From NCBI GenBank assembly GCA_965113315.1, contig OZ220378.1: DNA of 64,000 nt, one strand, 5' to 3'. Shown in pieces: positions 45,601-59,838 of the stretch; position 1 is the stretch's first letter, and each line of letters opens with the position of its first letter. The notes beneath the pieces were generated by a model. The model was not told where the DNA came from, made no database searches, and saw only the letters and a program-made list of their open reading frames with translations. The position numbers were made by a program, and so were the translations under genes. Origin of the DNA: Podarcis vaucheri (taxonomy: Eukaryota).

Positions 45601-48600
45601 TGTTGTAAACTGCTTTGAGTGTTTTTCTTTAAAATATAAAGTGGGGTAGAAATGAAATGAGTAACTAATAAAAATTCCACTGGGGGTGGGGGGGAAATGG
45701 CACCTAGACATTCTGTTGTGGTGACTGTTACCTAGGTTTAAGGTGCCATTTGGTGATTAGCTTATATATCTTAGTTTCTAACTCTGCCTGGGAGTACATG
45801 TGGCTCAGCTTGGTTACTGGGAAACAGCTTCTGTGTTCTTGATCTCACCTTTTGGGCTTTATGCTCCATTGCATGTCAACCCACAACTCCAAATAAGCAG
45901 CAGATGGGATCCTGTGCCTTAAAAGCTGCATGAACAGGGCAGGCACTGCTCACCAGACCCCACTTTTAACTGAGTAACACCACTGAAGAAGGAACTTCAG
46001 CAAAGCTTCTCTCATCTTTGCATGATCAGCTGTGTTTGAAAAATCCCTTCTGATTCAGGCAATTTGTACCTTTTTTGCTGCTACTTAGTTATCTCCTGGA
46101 ATTCATAAACAATCACTGTTACTAGCCTCGCAGTCTTCAGGGAGTATGAGTGAAGCACCTTGGCACAGAGAAACACACTTCGCTGCCAAGTTAGCTACAG
46201 TGGCTGAATTTAATTGTATAAAGTCTTCAACACCAAATCCAAGACTATATACAACTACTGTATGGGTACTCTTTGGAGCCAAAAGGACTGCAAGTAGGAA
46301 TTTCTCACCTCAAAGTGTGGCTTAATACTGCCAGATTGGGAGATGAAACAAGCAAACAAATAATGGGCATTGGTCTGCAACTCCTAAGATGCTGAAGCAA
46401 CAGAGAGACTGCAAAGGTGGAGGCTTGCCTTATCTGTATGGGTGCTTAATAGGTAATAAATTTTATGGCTTATTTCAGCATATGTTTATCCCTGTCTTAA
46501 CTCTATACAGGCTTCTCCCCGCCATGAACACAGCTCAGCCAAACAATTTCAAATGAACCAGGCCTTTGCTCACATGACATACAACCCTACCAATTCCTTG
46601 CCTTGACCACTCCCTAGAGACACCTAACTTTATATACAGAGTTACATCTTACCTATCAGCATGATATAGCTAGATTCTAACCACGTTCCAGACAAGCTAA
46701 AAGGAAAATGAAAAAAACTGTGCATTTTAATTGTACATTTTGGTTGTTGTTTTGTTGGAAGAAAGAGTACTTTAACATATTATCATGCAATTCTCACCTG
46801 GAAGGTATCAACCTCAGCAAAAATTGACATGGATGGTTATTTTGGATTTCTTCCCCCACCCAAAAAAAGCTCCAGATTGGAGAAATTTGTTTTGCTAACA
46901 CATTTTTGCAAACACTGTACTGAAGAGTTTTAGTAACCAACTAAAGTACAACTCAGATGTTCAACATTCTCAAAATTAGGTATATATCCCTCTCCAAACC
47001 CCCGAAAAGTGGAAGTAAAATAAATAAATAAATAAATAAATAAATTACTAGAATAGAAATAGTAGAGTACTAGAACAAGCTAAAAAAAATCAATCTTTGC
47101 TGCCTGTCCCTAGCCATCAGATTTGCTATATTTTCTTGGATCTAACAATGACATTCTAACTGCTCGGCAGGAAGCTGTTAGCAACATAATGTTGATAAAT
47201 ATTGCAGCTTCTAAGAGAGAAGTAAAAGGTCATGCAGGCCTTGGGAAGGAGAAGCCATGTGTTGTCAGCAATAAAAGGAAAGGGCAGGGGGGGAATCAGT
47301 TAAGAAGGCCTGGAAGTAGAAAACACAGGAAGTGCAAAAGTAAACTGGCTGAAGGAATGGGAACAGAGCAGGCAGTGGGCTGGGAAGCATGGACTTAAGT
47401 GATTGATAGCTATAGAGGCGGGAAGCGGGAAGAAGAGAGGCAGTTCTTGTTTTTAAAAAGGATCTACTTGCTGAAAGGAAAGTGACAGGTAGGTAAGGAA
47501 GCTGGGTGAGGAGGAAGGGTAGGATTGCACAAGGTCAAAAGGCTGATTAGGTGGTGGACGAGCTCCATATCGCATGGATTTGAGCCGATCTTCAATCATC
47601 AGTGCTGAATGCTTATAGCAATTCAATCAATAACCAACTAACTAAAACTTTAAATACACACTGAACATCCACAAACACCACATAACTAGTAGGGCTAACA
47701 AGAAGCAAAGACCTGGGAACTCTGAAAGACCTGGGGGCTTTTTCATTGCTGTTCTGTACTGGATCTAAGAGAAATTTAAAGTCATTTTTAAATTTAAATT
47801 TAAAGTTAGAAAACTTCTTTTGGGGTGGGAGGATACATTGAAAGTTTTTCTTCTAATACATTGGCTGTTCAGCTAAAATCAATTTTTAAGGCATCTTTCT
47901 GGGATTTCATTAAATTTACTTGTATTTGAAATTGTTCTGGCTCTACAAGTGGTATATACAAATTTGGATGCAAATGTATTGAGGAGGCCTTCCTTTTTAG
48001 AAAGCAGTGAGCTTTGGTTCATTAAATTTCTCTCACAGAAAATAAAGTACCCACTTTCAAATCCACAAACAAGGCCTTTTGCCAAGAATGTACATGTATT
48101 TAAATTGAATCTATTTAAGAAAATCATTGGTTAGAAGCCAGACTAATCAAATATTAAAATCTAGCCAGCGGACAGCCCTCCTAGCTGCTGAACGTGGCTG
48201 GAATAGTTTGAAACTCTTGTCGGCCCCCGTGGGAGAGGCAAACCCATACATGGGTCTTTTTCCTTCCTGTTCCTAGCCCACCTGGCTCCCCCTTTCCCAC
48301 CTTGGAATTCTGTGTTGTCAAGGCCCCTGATGGCCTCCACGGCATCCTCTGCTCTCTCCATGTGCACAAACGCGTAATCCTTAACAATGTCGCATTCAAG
48401 CACCGGCCCATACTCCTCAAACTTGGTTCGCAGCTCCAGGTTGGTGCAGCCGGGGCTGATGTTGCCTACGTGCAGTTTGGTGGAAGCCTTGCTCTTGTTC
48501 TTACTGGCCTCCACGTTGATGCACACCCCGTGCAGCTTGTAATGGTGCAGGTTGCGGATGGCATCCTCGGCTGCCGTCTTGTCCTCAATGTGCACAAAGC

Positions 48601-48712
48601 CGTAGTTCTTGATGATGTCGCATTCCAGAACCCGTCCGTACTGCTCAAAAAGGGAGCGGATCTCCTGCTCCGTGGCCTCCCGAGGAAGATTGCCAATAAA
48701 AAGTTTCACCAT
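42668..48712 (-). CDS. RBM4: RNA-binding protein 4 family (RBM4/RBM4B, Lark homologue), 353 aa
   Basis: Coding exons 48301-48712 (412 nt, GCCACCATGG Kozak) and 42668-43317, in phase. [26 protein letters not shown] two RRMs; CCHC knuckle [14 protein letters not shown]; poly-Ala; RDRSPLRR; C-terminal DRLRYSAY. Position downstream of SPTBN2 resembles RBM4B; paralogue assignment is uncertain. Confidence 0.93.
45478..45502 (+). repeat. (AAAT)n microsatellite
   Basis: taaataaataaat... tract; another at about 47018-47044. Confidence 0.8.
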
Positions 48713-49468
48713 GGTGGCTAATGCTGAGCGTGGGGGACAAGAAAGAGGCTGCATTTCAATGAAGGAAGACAAACAGTATTAAGACACTTACACAAAGAAA
48801 GAAAACCAAACCGGGATTCACTAGTCAAAGAACAATTCCTCACATCAAGATCAATAGCATCTAATGAATTTCACAAGCCCCCTTCAAGTGCTATCTTCCA
48901 AGAGATCATAATCTTGGGGGTATGGCTCTACCCCCATACGGTTGGGGGGGGGATATCTGTGCAGAGAAGCAGACTCTAGTTAAGTAGCCTTCCCATGGTT
49001 TGCAAACCGGTGTGATCAGGGCTCTAAGTCACAGATACTTCAGGCAGACTCTCCTCTTCAGAAGTTCTTCTCTTATGTGTGTGGATAGCAGTGCGCAGGC
49101 ACAACTCCCCTCTTTCTCCATGCAGCAGATGGACTGCCTGTTTTTAGGAATATTGTTATTAGGCTTATGTACTTGCTTCCCTGAGCTCCTTTGGAAGGAA
49201 GAATATAAACTTTTAGAGTAATAATAACTGAAGGATCTAAACCTGGATTTCCTATATATCCAAAGCAAGTGATCTATCCTATTTACCACAAACTGATTTT
49301 CTAAGAAGATTCACTTATTCAACAGATTTATATTCACCTCTTAAGCATTCAGATATTCAAAGCAGCTCACAATAATGTCTTAATCATGTTTAAAGTCTCT
49401 GTAAAAGCAGGCCTCTGCATACAAATCCAAAGATGCATTCCACCCACACGCTGCAACATTTATTTATA

Positions 49469-49720
49469 CAGTCGTACCTTGAATACCAAATGCCCCATAA
49501 CTCAGACATTTTGGCTCCCAAATGCCGCAAAACCCGGAAGTGATTGTTCCAGTTTGCGAACGGTCTTTTGGAATCCGAATGTCCGATGGGGCTTCTGCAG
49601 CTTCTGATTGGCTGCAGGAGTTTCCTGCAGCCAATCAGAAGCTGCAATTTTGTTTTCAAACATTTTGGAAGTCGAACGGACTTCCGGAACCGATTCTGTT
49701 CAACTTCCAAGGTATTACTG
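49469..49720. mobile_element. Tc1/mariner (Tigger-like) MITE with internal palindrome
   Basis: TA|CAGTCGTACCTTG ... CAAGGTATTACTG|TA termini; internal hairpin gcagcttctgattggctgcagga / tcctgcagccaatcagaagctgc at about 49597-49646. Confidence 0.8.
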
Positions 49721-50779
49721 TATACTGCTTGGTTGTAACAAAACCTATCAACCTATCATAAACATTGTCATTCCTACTTTCTTTTTTCAGGCCCTTTATC
49801 TGTGCCTTTAACAGCGGCTTGGCATAGAAAAATTTAGAAAGTGACTATTTTACATTCACTTCATGAAATAAAAGCTTCCCCTACAGAATTTCTGGGCAAC
49901 AGATTGTTGCTATAGCAGAAGATCAGAACATCTTTTGTGAGGTACATCCCTCTGGAATTACCTTCCACAAAGCAGCATCTCTCCTAACCTTTGAGGCTGG
50001 GTTGGTTTATTCATTATCTGCTATTGGAGCTCCTTGTGTTGGTGCTGCTTTGTGGATTTGTGCCACACCCTCTTGAAGTGCACAGCTCTCTACCTTCAAA
50101 TAAATTCCTTTTCAAAAAACCAGTCTCTCCTCAGGGCCTTTGGATTACATCCCCCCACTCTCACCACTGCAATTATAACCAAGATTGACACTGCATCTCT
50201 TTTCATGCTCTTTCAAGGTGTGTTTTTTTTTTAAAAAAATGTATTGTTAGGACTCTTATTTCATATATATTGCAAGCCACCAAGCGCTCTATTGAGGGAG
50301 TGGAAAGATGGCATATAAACTTCTGAAACAAACAAACAAAAATGCAAGTACATGCATTTAATTGCTTTTGCTACCTGCTTACCTCACCGTCCTCTCATTT
50401 TCTAATTTAGATAGTAAGTTAATAATGCAGTCCTTTGCATGGCTCTATAGAAACAAGCTTTTGAGTTCAATAAGACCGAAGCCTAAATATGGGCTGCATA
50501 TGCACTGTGCTTTTAAAGCACACGAGCTCTCTTAAGGAATCTTGGGAACTGTAGATTGTTGGAGTACAGGGGATTGTTCAATGAGGGGTAAATTATAGTC
50601 CCCAGGATTCTTTGGGAGACCCCAACTGCTTTAAATGTATGGTGTGCATGCAGCACGAGTTTAGTTTAGGGCAAAACTAGATGTGACATTGGTTTAGTAT
50701 TGCATAGTTGTTTTTAATGAAATAGTCGGTGTGTGGGGTGGAAACTGAATTGTGACAGTAGTGTGTGCTGAGGGGAAGT

Positions 50780-52075
50780 TTTATTTATTATTGAGATTTA
50801 TACCCTGCCCTTCACCCAAAGGTTGTAGGGTATGGGTCACATTAACAGAAATAAAAAATAAAATTTAAAAATTATACAACTAAAACTAACACACACATTT
50901 CTGATATGATAAAAATACATTTATTCTTCTGCCACTACCCAAAGGAAACAAAAATGGTTTCAACCATCACTGAAACCCCTATGGCATGATAGCCCCATGT
51001 AGAGTGCATTGCAGTACTGTAGTGGGTTTGGAAGTTACCAAATCATGGGTTACTGTAGCCACTCTATCTCATTCAAAGAAAGGCCATAGCTGGTAAACCA
51101 AAAGTAGCTAGTAACAGACACACTGTGACAATGTGGCTACTAGAGTCTACATACATGATCTTTTAATGGGAGTGCAACCTCTCCAGAATAAGGTGTGAAC
51201 CCACTTCCTGAATATAGGACCAAAAAGCCACAGAATCTCCATACTTTCAGCTCAGTGCCCGCCCCCCGCCCTCCACCACTTCCAGGCAATCAATTCGCAC
51301 CCAAAAACCTTCTGATTCCAATGCAAGAAGGCATCATCAGCATATTGATGCCAACTCATCCCACATCCCCTTATGATGGTACCCAACAGCTTCTCATAGA
51401 TGTTAAAACAGCATGGCAGACAGGATGGACCCCCTACAAAGCTGAACAGCGCAATTACTATGGGGTCAAGCAGGAATCTCAAAAAGCTATTCTCTGAATC
51501 TGGTACCCAGAGTGGATGAGCTACCATTGCACAACACTGCCTCCAATTCCCAATTTACGAAAGCGGCCCAGTAGGACACCAGAGCTAAGTATATCAAAAG
51601 CTGTTAAGTGACAATCAACAGAGTCATACACACTCCCATCCCTCTCCCAATTCAAATAATCAATAAGGGCAACCAAAGCTGTCTCTGTGCCCAAACCAGG
51701 CAGTTGACTGAAATAGGCCATGATAACATGCTTCTTCCAAGCACACCTTCTCAATTGCCTTGCTCCCAAAAGTGGGTATCATATTTCTCGGTCTAAGGAA
51801 GGCTTCTTCAGGAGGGGTTGCACTCTCCTTCAAAGCAGCCAACACAGCACAATGCTCCCTAAATGAAGTATTCACCACTGCTGGGATTCACCCAGTCAAT
51901 CCCTTTCAACTAGATTTTATAAGCCAGGATGAGCAAAGGGTTAAGATTACAGGTGGTAGGCCAAACCCCTTCAATGATCTTCACCAGGTCATTGGGGCAC
52001 AACAGCTGAAATTGATCCCATTTATCCAACCTTGACACTGCCAGAGACTTCCCCTTGACCTGCAGAAATATGCAG
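50780..52075 (-). mobile_element. Degenerate L2/CR1-clade LINE with reverse-transcriptase remnants
   Basis: Broken minus-strand frames give GTETALVALIDYL...LTAFD...GVLLGRF..LGIGGSVVQW and HQYADD (RT catalytic motif). 3' tail near 50780. Confidence 0.8.
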
Positions 52076-52820
52076 TCCATGTCAGACCAAATACAAATGA
52101 TTTTGTATTAAAAGTGCCTTGCAAATCTCTCACTTATGCCACTTATGTTCAAACAAGTAGCCAGTCCATTTCACTGATCAAAGGTTCTCCTGAGAACCAG
52201 TGGGCCCCATCACCTCCATGGACTGAGAGAGGATGCTCAGCAGCAAATTGGCCTAGTGTCCCCTCCATCAGAACATTTGACAGGGAGACCAGGGCCTCAG
52301 CCTTTAACCCATTGCTCCTGTCACAGTCCCAATCAGAAGCAGACCCCCTCTACCCCATTTATTACCATGAGAGGAATGTAATACATAACATTTAATCCCA
52401 AGAATAAAAGTAGCACATATCGATTGTACTCTGCCACAAAAACTCATTGAAATTAAATTGGATTTCACTCAGAAGATGGTGCAAAAGCACAATACTTCAG
52501 TTTAGCAAGAACCTTTACGTATCTCACTTTCAAATGAGGTAAGCTAAACAAGATAGTAGAAAGCAAATAAAGTATTTTTGTCACACAATGACTTAATTGC
52601 TTTTCTCCCCCCCTCCACAACTTCACCACACTAGCTGAAGTGTCATAAGTAAAATGAGAAGGGGGTGATTTCAGCCCCCAAATCTATTTATTGTTTGCAA
52701 AGATCCATACCCCGCCTTGTTAATTTAATTGAAAGATAGGGTATACATTTTAATAATAAACTTATTGGGACACGGACCCCCTGCCCTCTCTCTTTACACT
52801 TAAGACTTTGTAAATTTACG

Positions 52821-53062
52821 GGAAGTAAGGTAATAATTTGCTGCATATAACTATATGATTGAGAACGCAGGGAAGGGCGATGTGAGGAAGTGAAAATATG
52901 GTTTATGAATAATTTCATTCTATTTGTATTTTCTTTTTTATTTCTTCTGTATCTTACAATCTTATTTTGATTTCTTTGTTTGCTATATGGTGATGGTATC
53001 TTTGATATTTGGTGGTTTGTTTGTTGTCTAAAAATTATAATAAATATATATATTTTTTAAAA
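52821..53062 (+). mobile_element. 5'-truncated L1-type retrocopy with 19-bp TSD
   Basis: Direct repeat aagactttgtaaatttacg at 52802-52820 and 53063-53081. T-rich body, AATAAA at 53039-53044, short A tail; target reads TT/AAGA. Confidence 0.75.
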
Positions 53063-53924
53063 AAGACTTTGTAAATTTACGTGTACACAGTGACACTGAT
53101 GCAAAGATAATAATAAACTGCAACAACAATAATGCTAACAAAACCATTATTTTGTAAGCCACCTGAAGAACTTCTTACAGCTCACGAGAGTGCCCTCTCA
53201 GGGATGCCCCCAGGAACAGTTAACTCCTTCTCCACAACAGACACCATGTCTTTACAGCTTCCATCCGTTGCTGAAGACACACCTCTATATCCTGGTCTTT
53301 TGAGTAATGCGCTGTGTGGAATTATTTTGGCGGGGTTATGGATGATAGAGCTGTTTTACTGTCTCATGTTTTTTAAATACTGCAATTCCATCCTGGGACT
53401 GTCTGGCAAGGGGTAGGCAAGAAACACAACAGCAACAACAATAGCGCACGTAACGTAATACTTTCTTCATTATTTGATAGAAATGAACGTTAACACTGGA
53501 ATATGCTTATTGTTAAGAGTAGAAACACAATGTGCTAACAATATGGATAATACTAAGATCTTATTAAGTTTACATTACAGTATTTAATCTAACAACGTGT
53601 CAACATCAATTAGGATAAAACTGAAAGGGTTCATATTGACCACATACTGCTTTCTAAAAAATAACTGCTAGTATTGTATGTTATCGTACTTCGCTGTTTT
53701 CGTATACGCCACCTGGAGAAGTTGGTTATCGGGTGGCATATAATTAAAAAATGCTAGATATTAAAGTATCGATATATAACAGAAGAATAAGGCGAGGAGG
53801 AATTAATTAATGTCAATAACATAACAATTATTACCAATTATATTATCAGTATTATTTAAATCCACAAAACCCACCCAACCCCGCTTTACACTTCAGCCAA
53901 CCGCCCAGAATTGCACCTCGTTAC

Positions 53925-53995
53925 CTTGCCTTAGCAGCAGCAGCAGCGGCGGCAGCAGCCCACGGCACAAAATGGCGGCAGAGACAACGGAAAAG
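53925..53995 (-). other. RBM4: RBM4-family non-coding exon 1
   Basis: CTTTTCC pyrimidine start, YY1 site GCCGCCATTTTG at 53968-53979, donor AAG|gtaacg at 53924. Would splice to the acceptor at 48724-48725, 11 nt before the ATG. Start is approximate. Confidence 0.7.
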
Positions 53996-54460
53996 CTTCT
54001 CACCCGCCCTCCGAACCCCCTAACCCGCGCTCCGCTGTACCGTAATTGGTCCCACGAGGAACCGCCGCGCGTGATGAGTGGGCACGGGCCAGAGTCTATC
54101 AAGGAAGTCTAGCCAATGAGAGCCCTCTTTGAAAAGGCAGCCATGTGGGTTGGTTCCTAGCATCTGACGTCCTAGCATCTGACGTCGACGACGAGGAGGA
54201 ACAGGGGGAAATTTTTCGCCCCTTGGCGCGCCCACGCCCAGCTTTCTCCTCTTCCCCCGCCTACGTCGGCTGATCCTTCGTTCTCAGCGTCGTCCGAGAG
54301 CGAAGGGTCGTACCATTTTCAGGAGCGTGGGGGTGCCCAGTTGGGAGGTGGGGCCGCCGAGTGTATGTTGCTGAATGGTAGGCTCGTAGATGTGGGAATT
54401 TCCCCCCCCTCTGGGTGATACCACGAAAAGGCGGGGTTGGTGTCCCATAGCGGCTCACAG
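53996..54460 (-). promoter_or_regulatory. RBM4-family CpG-island promoter
   Basis: GC box near 54003, CCAAT/ATTGG at about 54044 and 54113, duplicated TGACGTC at about 54165 and 54180. Confidence 0.7.
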
Positions 54461-55317
54461 CGAGGATGAGAAGGGATAGAAAGTACTTTTGGGAAGGAGT
54501 CGCTGAAAATAGGGTGGGGAAAGGAGCCTCGGAGTACCTTTATTAAAGTTTTCCCATCTATCCGTGATTAACGCTGTTACCCCACTTACTTTCTTCTGTT
54601 CCAGGCTCCCCTCTCTCCATGTTATTCTCACAACAGCCCTGTGAGGTAGGCGAGGCCAAGCAAGGAGGACTGGCCCAAAGTCACCCAGTAGGAGCTTCAT
54701 ATCGAATGGTGTAGTACATGCTATGCAATGCAAAATGTCCCAGGTTCAATTCCTAACATTGCCTGGTAGGACTCGGGAAGACTCCTGAAAATTATCTGAG
54801 AGCTAGTGTGGCATAATGGTTAGTGTTGGACAATAACCAGCTTTGAGTCGCCATTCAGTCAGTCATGAAGCTCACTGTGTCACCATCTCTCAGCCTAACC
54901 TACCTCCCAGGGTCACCGTGAGGATGAAATGAGAACACTGAGTAGTATCACCAAAAATAGCCCTGATTGTGGGGGTTCTCCATAGGGTGTCTGAAGTAGC
55001 ATAGAAACCTTTTTTCTTTTCAGTTGTTTCCCACCCCCCACCACTCACAGTATGGGCAGAAATCCAGTATGGAAAGCCTTTTTCCAGTGGGCAGATGCAG
55101 TGTGTCAAAAGGGAAGAAAGTATGCCAGATAAGGTCTGACCAAGGGGGAAATGGGGCTGTACTTTTCTTCTAATTAAGCATCACAGAGGAGATACCTACT
55201 GAAGGCTATGGGCAGTTATAGTTAAGTGGAACCTCCATGGACAGGTGCAACCTGAATATCAGTTAGCAGACAAGACATAATTCATGCTTGTGAGTCTCCC
55301 TGGATGTTGTTAAGATC

Positions 55318-55605
55318 TTAAGGAGAGCCTGGCTGCTGGATCAGGCCAAAGGCCCACCTGGTCCAGCATCCTGTTCTCTCATTGGACAACCAGATGCCCA
55401 TGGGAAGCCTGCAAGGAGGACCTGAGTGCAACACTCTCCTCCCCCACTTTTGATTGCTAGCAATTGGCATTGAGGCATGCTGTCTCTTGGCAGTTGAGGT
55501 AGAGCACAACCATAATGGCTGGTGGCTACTGACAGGGCAAATAGGATCAGAAGTGTAGAGTTGGAGTAGATGACCCTTGGGGTCTCTTCCAACTCCCTGC
55601 AATGC
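55318..55605. mobile_element. CR1-related squamate repeat fragments
   Basis: gagcctggctgctggatcaggccaaaggccc...tccagcatcctgttctc; a reverse-oriented relative lies at about 1030-1290. Confidence 0.5.
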
Positions 55606-56597
55606 ACTAGAGATGGGCTCTGGTTTACTAGGGCTCCTTTTAAGCTAAACTTTTGCCTGTGCTATGTCTGTTAAAGACACAGAAGCACTGTCAGCCTTTT
55701 TTTAAAAGGGTGGCAGCCTGAAGTTACGGTACACTGGAGGAAGCTGATGGCAGTAGCCAGTCTATAAAGCAGCCTTAAGTCTGCACTGGGATTGGGGGTG
55801 GAGGTGTCTCCCCTCTTTGGGTTAACAATACTTATCCAATCATGTTTCCGCTTCAAATGACGGGTCTCCTCTTGGGGTGTACCAGTTAAAGTGTTGCATG
55901 CTGCAGACTCAGGGTTTTTAACAGGAGCAGCTGCCTTGCCCCAAGTCAGGTTTTTCTAGCTCAACACTGGCATTGACTCTCCAGGGAAACCCTTGGGCAA
56001 GATGCAGTGCATGCTTCTCTCCTCCTCCCTGCAGCCACTCATTCTGAGCCCAATCTTCACTGTTCCCCAGAGAGAAAGGGCAGGTGAGTGAGGTCTGCAG
56101 GTGACAAGGGTGAGAATTGCAGCAACAATAGGCTCTGGTGATCAGCAAAGGGGACCCTGTCAAGGTGCCTGAAAATGCCAACTCCATACATGTCCCTGCA
56201 TTATCACTTCTTGCAGTGACTAGCAAGACAAGGCAAAGCTTTTCTTCGTGTTGGAAAGCTTTACCTGCCTATATTTTGGCTCATCAGGCAGCTCTCTCCA
56301 TCTTAAAAAAGCAGCTGACCAAGCAGACTAGTTTTAAAACTTTTTGCTTTTAAATTTGTTTTAACTTTCAGACACTTTTATTATATGGTTTTTATCTTTT
56401 TAATGTTGTGAACCATTGCAGTATATTTTTTATCATTTGGTGGTATACAAGTATTTTAATAAATAAATAAGATCCTGCTCAGCCTATTTGCCTTTTAACG
56501 CAGAGACAGCAACACAGGGAGGGGATTTCAGATTTTGCTGCCGTCGCAACAGGTGGGCAGGAATGAAACAGGCTGGCTACTCTCTACACAGATTCTT

Positions 56598-56603
56598 TTT
56601 ATT
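56598..56603 (-). terminator. Candidate SPTBN2 poly(A) signal
   Basis: TTTATT on plus (AATAAA on minus) about 3.2 kb past the SPTBN2 stop. Use is not confirmed. Confidence 0.4.
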
Positions 56604-59600
56604 TGTCCAAAAAGATCGGAACAGATGCCACTGCAAACACGTGAATAACGGTCTCCCACAAGCACGGATACACCACCGGGATGCTGCTTGGGAGCAGGGA
56701 CCCCTGACAGGTGTGCTGGGAAGGCACAGAGTGCCTTGCTTTTAAAAGCCAGATCCCCTCCCTCAGAAACAGAACCCTCTTCCCAAGTCACCTCCTGTAA
56801 TCCAGATTGTTGGGAGGCAGGTGATGGCTGCTCTCTGGGTTTTGCGCACCCTGCTGTGGGCCCTGTGCTGAGGCAGCCTCTGCATCCTTTGTGGCAAGGG
56901 TGACGGCGCAGTGTTATCTTCACATGGCAAGGGGGTGGGGGGGGTGGAAGTGTAGCAGGCAGGGCAGCATATGATTATGAAAAGGAAGGCACACACAGGT
57001 CAAAAACCAGAGCTAGAAAAACGGGAATGGAGCAAGGACACAGCTGTGCGGGATGTGAAGATCAGCAGTGGAATCCCATGCCTGTGGAGATCAGGCAAGC
57101 TGGTGAGGTTTCGATGGACATCGAATCCAGGTAGACCCAACAGAGCAACCTCAGTTCCTACAACCGGGCAAAGTAATGTGATTCTTGTAATACCCAACCA
57201 CCACCACCCGAATACACATGCTCCAGCCATGTAAACTGGCTCCTTTCAATATAGCCTTCAGGAACAACTTTTCCTGCTTCTTTTTCTTAAAAAAGGGCCC
57301 AGAGAGGAGTTATTTTCAGGACAGGCTTTGCAAAAAAATAAAATACAATCACTGCCAGAACACAATGCATTTGCTCCCTTTTGATTCCAAAGTCTCCCTT
57401 TTAAGACAGAACAGAGTGACTCATGGCCACAGGATGTGGAGACTGGACCTACAGCTGGGAAGTATAGAAACTGCTATGAGCCGCGGTAGTGCAGAAAGAA
57501 ATGTCTGTTCACAGGCAGGATACTTCCATGTACTGTAACCTCCTCCAGCATGAAGCCTAGGTGATTTGGACCCAAACTCCCATTAGCCTCAAGCAGCATA
57601 GACGTGTTACCTGGAGCTGATGGAGGGCATCCGGTTGGAGAAGGCTGGTATAACAGATGCTGAGAACTTACAAGAGGTGCTGCTTGAGAGTTTTGCTGGA
57701 TTAGATGTTTGAGCTCATAGAAAATGAGGAAATCAAGGCCAGAAAAAGGCAGGGGTGTGCGAGTGGTCTTTATAATAGTGGCATGGATTACCAGAGCCAT
57801 AGATAATTGTGACTGGCAGAAGGTGTCTCTTGGGATGCAGCTCTGCCCCACTGCTGTAGAACAAGTCTTTCCAATCCTGGTTCTGCACTACCCCTTCCAT
57901 CAGTCCCAGCCAGCAAAGCATGTGTGTGAGAGAGAGAAATTGAGAGTGAGTGACAGAAGGGGATATGATCTAAAGTGGAAGTGATGGGTGCCTCTGGCAG
58001 ACTGCCTACCTATCAGCAGCAATGCCTGCTTTGGCCCAAGGTGGTGCCAACATCTGGTTCAGCCCCCCCCCAACCATTGGCAAACCAATGACGCCTGCCA
58101 TTTTAAAATTTCCCACAATGCTCCAGGGGCACCATGGGATTGTGGGGAAATAAAAGTGGCTGCTGGTTTTCAAGAACCGGCTGGACAATAAGCCTGGGTC
58201 CAGAGGGGTACTTTGCCAGTCCCCACTCCCCAAAAACATGGAACTGGCCTTGGTAGACAGAAGAAAGCTAAATTTGTCTTATGCAAGACCTCTCCTGTAA
58301 CCACCCCTCTCCTGTAACCATCTGTTTATCCCGGTTCTGCTCCCAGTCTGGAGGCCTGAGAAATTGTAAGAATCACAGTGGAGGAGGCAGTTTCAAAGAC
58401 GGGGGTGGGGCTTAGCCCCCTACCTCGCTCACCCACAATGTCTCCATTGATACACCCTCTCCTTGCTTAGGTAGCGTAACCCTAATCCAGACCTGGGCAG
58501 AGTGTAGGCCTGAGGGATCTACTTTGTTCCCACCCCCCACTACAACCCTGAGATCTACCACCTGGAGGCAGGTGCAACAACAGGAGCTCAACTGAGCAAA
58601 TGTACTGAGGACTTAATAAGAATTAAGGATGAACGTGTGCCCTCTGAGCACGTGCTGAGTCCAGGAAGTAGTGATCAGTATCCAGTATCAAGATCACAAA
58701 TCCTTTCATACAAAAATCCACTCCTGCTTACTCCCTCCCAAAGCAATCTGATTTGAGGGAGGAGGCAGTTGTTGCTATTGTCAGACCATTAGGAGTGAAA
58801 ACCTCTTGCCGATCTACCACAAAACAGCCAGAGATCTACTAACAAGATTCCAATCTAACGTCTACCCATCCCTGATGAAAGCCAAGGACCGGGGTCCTTA
58901 ATTAAAGGGGAACTCACTTGTTTGCCCATTGAGAAGGTGGCTTAGCTACTGTTTTTAGACAGCTGCTGGGGACATGATTTAGCTATATAAAAAAAAAAAT
59001 GGAGGGGAAAGACAGAGAGCAAGGTTGGGTCCAGCAGTGCACTGGAAAAGAGGCTTGTCTTCAAAACCAACCATATCTTGTTCCTTCCCGTTAGCCTTCA
59101 GGACAGGGCCCATTTCAGGAGGCTGCAAAAACATGATGGAGCATACCAGGTATGGCAGGGAGGAAAATGGGATGAGGTGGTGGGGCTCCTCAGGCAGTGG
59201 AAGCATTTCCTGGCTAGGGATGAGATCATAGGAGAAGATTCTCAACGACAAAACCCTGAACAGTCCATTTCACCTCCGACAAAGTTTTGATGGCACCTGG
59301 AAACGGAAAACTTTCGCACAGAGCCCATGCCGTTGCAACCCCAGAAAGGTCGGGATCCCTCTGCTCCTATTGAATGGAAGTAGCGGGCCGTCCTCCTCCC
59401 TCTCCCCATGACCTGCGCAGCACCCATCACTTGATGACCCAGATGTGCACCCCTCCCACCACACCCAGAGTTCATCAACCCCCCCTCCCATCTCAAGGCA
59501 GCCTGCCCCCCACCCTCCAATGCAGCATCTCTGCCAGGGGCTTCTGCAAACGTGATTCGATAGAGGCAGCACGGCTTGTTTAGTTTTTTTTTCTTTTGTT

Positions 59601-59838
59601 GGAGGGTGGGGAGGCAGGAGGAGAGGCATTCCTCATAAAGTTTGAAGATGCTTCATGCAATCTGCAGTTCTAAAAAAAGAAAAACAACTGTGGTCTCCAT
59701 CAGCTGTGTCATGCCCCGGCCCCTCCCTCCCTCCCCCCCCCAGTCCAAAGCCCCCGCCATGCCCGCTCTGATGATCAGTTCTGTACAGATTCGGCAGCTG
59801 CAGCCCCCACCCTGCCCCACTTCTCCGGGTGTGGCCCC

